Below are positions 60,792 through 64,000 of a stretch of 64,000 nt of DNA, in pieces. Location: the NCBI GenBank assembly GCA_037379345.1, contig CM074519.1, positions 36,048,103 through 36,112,102 of the forward strand, written 5' to 3'. The stretch's first letter is position 1. Each line of letters begins with the position of its first letter. Under the pieces are notes generated by a model. It ran no database searches. It was not told where the DNA came from and worked only from the letters and a program-made list of their open reading frames with translations. The DNA is from Perna viridis (taxonomy: Eukaryota). The translations under genes and the position numbers were made by a program.

Positions 60792-63169
60792 AAAGTTGGA
60801 CGGTAATCAGATGAACCCAGAGTTACCTGTGCAGGACACGAACAACTTCCGTCCAAATATCCCTTAAAATATGAGTCCTTTGGAAACGACGATTACCTAT
60901 ATCTATATCTCTTGGGAATAACGCTTCATTTATGTAAAGCTCATAATACTGTTATTTTAAAATATCTAATGTTTCTGTTTACTCATTTGATTTTTGTTTG
61001 TATTATAATATATATATATTTGTTATGTGCTTGCTAATAGTTGAGATGGTTGGGCACTGTAGAAACTAGAGATTGCATTGTACAATATATTTGATACGTT
61101 ATGAATATAGCTACATAAGAGTTGGCGAATGCATTTTATGCAGGTTGAAAGCTGCATGTGATGTTAAAATACGTTGCAAAGATTGACGAGTGACTCGGCT
61201 GTTTGCTGCACATTAAATTTTTGCGTCCATATATAATTGCAGTTCCGCCAAACTCAGGATATGAGCCATACCGCTACTAAGGAATATAGGTAAAGAATTT
61301 CGTCGCCATTCTCTCAAAAATACTGTGAATATTCCCAACAAAGGACTTGTGGATGTGTGACCCAACTTCGACAGGTTTTTACCGCTTTTATTTTTCGTCA
61401 AAGAGCGGTTACCTGTTGACAATGTTTGAGTAGATACCTTTTAGATCCATGTGTTTCTCAAGAAATCCTGTTTGTTATGCGCTTTCTTATTGTGTTTTTT
61501 AGATTTTAGTCATCGGATGTTGAATATGCAAAATTGATCTACTTGCATCACTCACGATAATCTTATGTCAGGTCATTTCGTACATTAGTTCATTTGTTCG
61601 AGTGTGTATATAGATGAGAAGTTTGTATGAGTTTTGTGAATCCTTCCTGTCAATAAATTTGCATAAAAACGATCACGTGATCTACGAGGCCCAGGTCACA
61701 TGATCGTTTTCAAATTTTTACTGTGGCATAGAAATTTTCCATTGACCCTCGGGGAGTTACTTTGTACATAGGTTGATAATAGAAATTGTAGATAATTTTA
61801 ATGAGGTGTTAGCATTCATTCGTAGTACTATTTATAAATTTTTCTAATTTAAAAAAATGACATAGTGTTCTTATCATTAGACTTTTCAAATTGAAAGCAT
61901 GAAGATGATTCTAGTCTGTATTTTCGAACCAAAGAAAAACCTGTTCATGGCAATATCGATCTAGAATAGCTGACAGTCATCACTGTATCCAAGATTTCGA
62001 TTGTCCGGTTCAAATTGTTTTTGTACAAATTGTTTCTTGGTTAACACACTGAGATCTGTCGTAGTTGCCACAGTATTTGAAAATTTACATGCATGGCCAG
62101 TTAATTTTCGCCAAAAGGTTCCCTTGAATCCAAATTCAGCATATCAGTAGCGATTCTCATGACAGGTTCATCAGTGAGTGAGTTTCTGTTACAGAATCAA
62201 GAACCCACCCCTATTGTACCTCAAATATTTTGCCGTTTCATCGGGCAGCAATCGGGTAATCACTAGGGCATTTCCGACCGAAGACGGCGGAAAGTGTGCA
62301 GTGGTTTCCCGTTTGATCGGGCAGATTTGTTATGTGATATTGACTTATTGTTGGTGCGTAAATATAGATTTATTTATAATTATTTATCTATTGATATATC
62401 AGAAACTTGGCAGTCTATTTTAATCAACGAATGATGTATGGTGTATTCCAAAAGGCAAAACATTTACAAAATGGTAAATTTTTATCTCATATCATTACTA
62501 GTTGCATTATAGATGCTTTCGAAGAAACTTTTTTCCTTTTCATGTCAAGAAATTGACAACCTCAGCGAAAGTGCAATACTACACGTTGGTCATTGCCACA
62601 TCTTCCAATTGACACTGAAACTTTTATGACGTCAAAAACATCTGAAAGTCGGTAAGAATTGCTTATCTTAAGTGAAAGAAATATCGATTTTAACAACTTG
62701 TGATAATGATATCTTGCCAGTTTAATGTAAGTGAAAAATCATTAGAGGTTTGAACCCATAGATGGAATGACGTTGTAGCTTTGTTAGTGTATATTGTTAA
62801 ATGTTTTCACCTTTTCTGCTCGATGATCAGGCACAACGATTGAAAACTGCCAGGTTTTTATACATTTCCTATAGAAATAAAAATATTTTGTTTGTAGTAA
62901 TGTAATTTATACAATTTGCCTTCTTTTTTCAATTCTCTCACACTCGTTAGGGATTTTTTCCAACTTCGCTGAGTATATAATTAGCCCAATATAGCATTGT
63001 CGTCGTGGGTACCCAAAATGATCTAGATGAAGAGATGTGTTACTGAAAAGCTTGGTTATTGTGTTGAAAGTTGCCAAAATGTAAATGCGGTCGTATCACG
63101 CTGTACAGTTTTTTTTAAGAATTATGAATCGATAGCTCCAGTCACTTTTTAATAATTTGTAGTTATGTA

Positions 63170-64000
63170 CATGTAAAAAAGTAAATTACAAAAATATTAT
63201 CTTGAAAGCACCAACTTAAATATTGATTCATGTGACAAAGAAGTATACAGCTTAGAAAAGAAGTAAGGGAACCAAGGTTATAGTGGTAATCCAGGGACAA
63301 AGACCAGACATGGAAAACAGACATACACAACTAAGAACATAAAGTGACTAAAATCATACATACAAAGTAACAGAAGCAAATGAGGAACTCGGACTCCACT
63401 AAAAACTGGGAGCATGGATCAGGTGCACCGGTAGGGTAAGCGTCCTCTGCTTTTCTAGAAACACCAACGGAATTGCTCACAAAAAGTCAAGTCCAGGGTA
63501 GAGGAAAGGAAAACTATGACACGTTGAACAAATCAGTTTTCATGGCGCTGATGGATGCACCATAACGATCCACGAGTTCATGATGACGACTATAACACTT
63601 TCGTAGTGATGACTTCAATCTTTAAGCAACATAACCCTGTTCCAGAAGCCTATTTGTTAGAATTTTAGCGCGATACAAAAAGTCCGTAGTCTCGGCAAGC
63701 TCTGGCATAACGTATGAGTTGTGATATGAACACTCCATACGCAGCTGCTGAAGGGATGTTGCCACAGATGAAAGGAAAGTTGACAATTCTGAATGAAAAC
63801 TCATCACGTTTGTCGTAAAGTTTGGTCAATAGTTTTCCTTTACCATCGATCTCTAAGTGTAGGTCAAGATATGAGGCTGACTTCACAGTGTCTGTAGTAC
63901 CTTTTATCTCAAGTTCTTTTGGGGTAGATGCGATGTATCAAATCCCAAAAATTTCGATAATACGTCATCTATACAGTGGAAACTGAGATTAAAGGATCTA
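63170..64000 (-). mobile_element. Decayed Penelope-like retroelement: reverse transcriptase C-terminal part plus 3' region, truncated by the window
   Basis: SASYLDLHLEID...TKLYDKRDEFSFRIVNFPFICGNIP...AYGVFISQLIRYARAC, frameshifted into FLYRAKILTNRLLEQGY; degraded xIDDV motif near 63961-63980. Confidence 0.85.

Overview
AT-rich animal genomic DNA. The repeat content and TACATGTA enrichment suggest a bivalve mollusc, possibly a mussel; this is inference. Positions 85-54564 on the + strand carry almost the whole of a SERCA gene (sarco/endoplasmic reticulum Ca2+-ATPase, ATP2A family). The first coding exon lies upstream of the window. I reconstructed coding exons 2-26 by hand. All splice phases join correctly, and if exon 1 supplies 118 coding nt the residue numbering matches vertebrate SERCA1a (D351, E732, C876, C888, E908). 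The most notable features concern splicing. (1) A minor-spliceosome (U12-type) AT-AC intron at 48415-48854 splits the E732 codon. (2) A tandemly duplicated pair of 134-nt exons (50468-50601 and 51184-51317), apparently mutually exclusive, encodes alternative luminal L7-8 loop and M8 sequences. (3) An internal donor in the last common exon allows either a read-through SERCA2b-like tail with an 11th helix or splicing to several candidate downstream terminal exons. (4) A 96-bp tandem array copies the exon-5 splice donor 11 times. The introns hold MITEs, foldback elements and minisatellites, and a decayed Penelope-like retroelement lies at the right end. Almost all ORFs in the supplied track are spurious or partial exon read-throughs.
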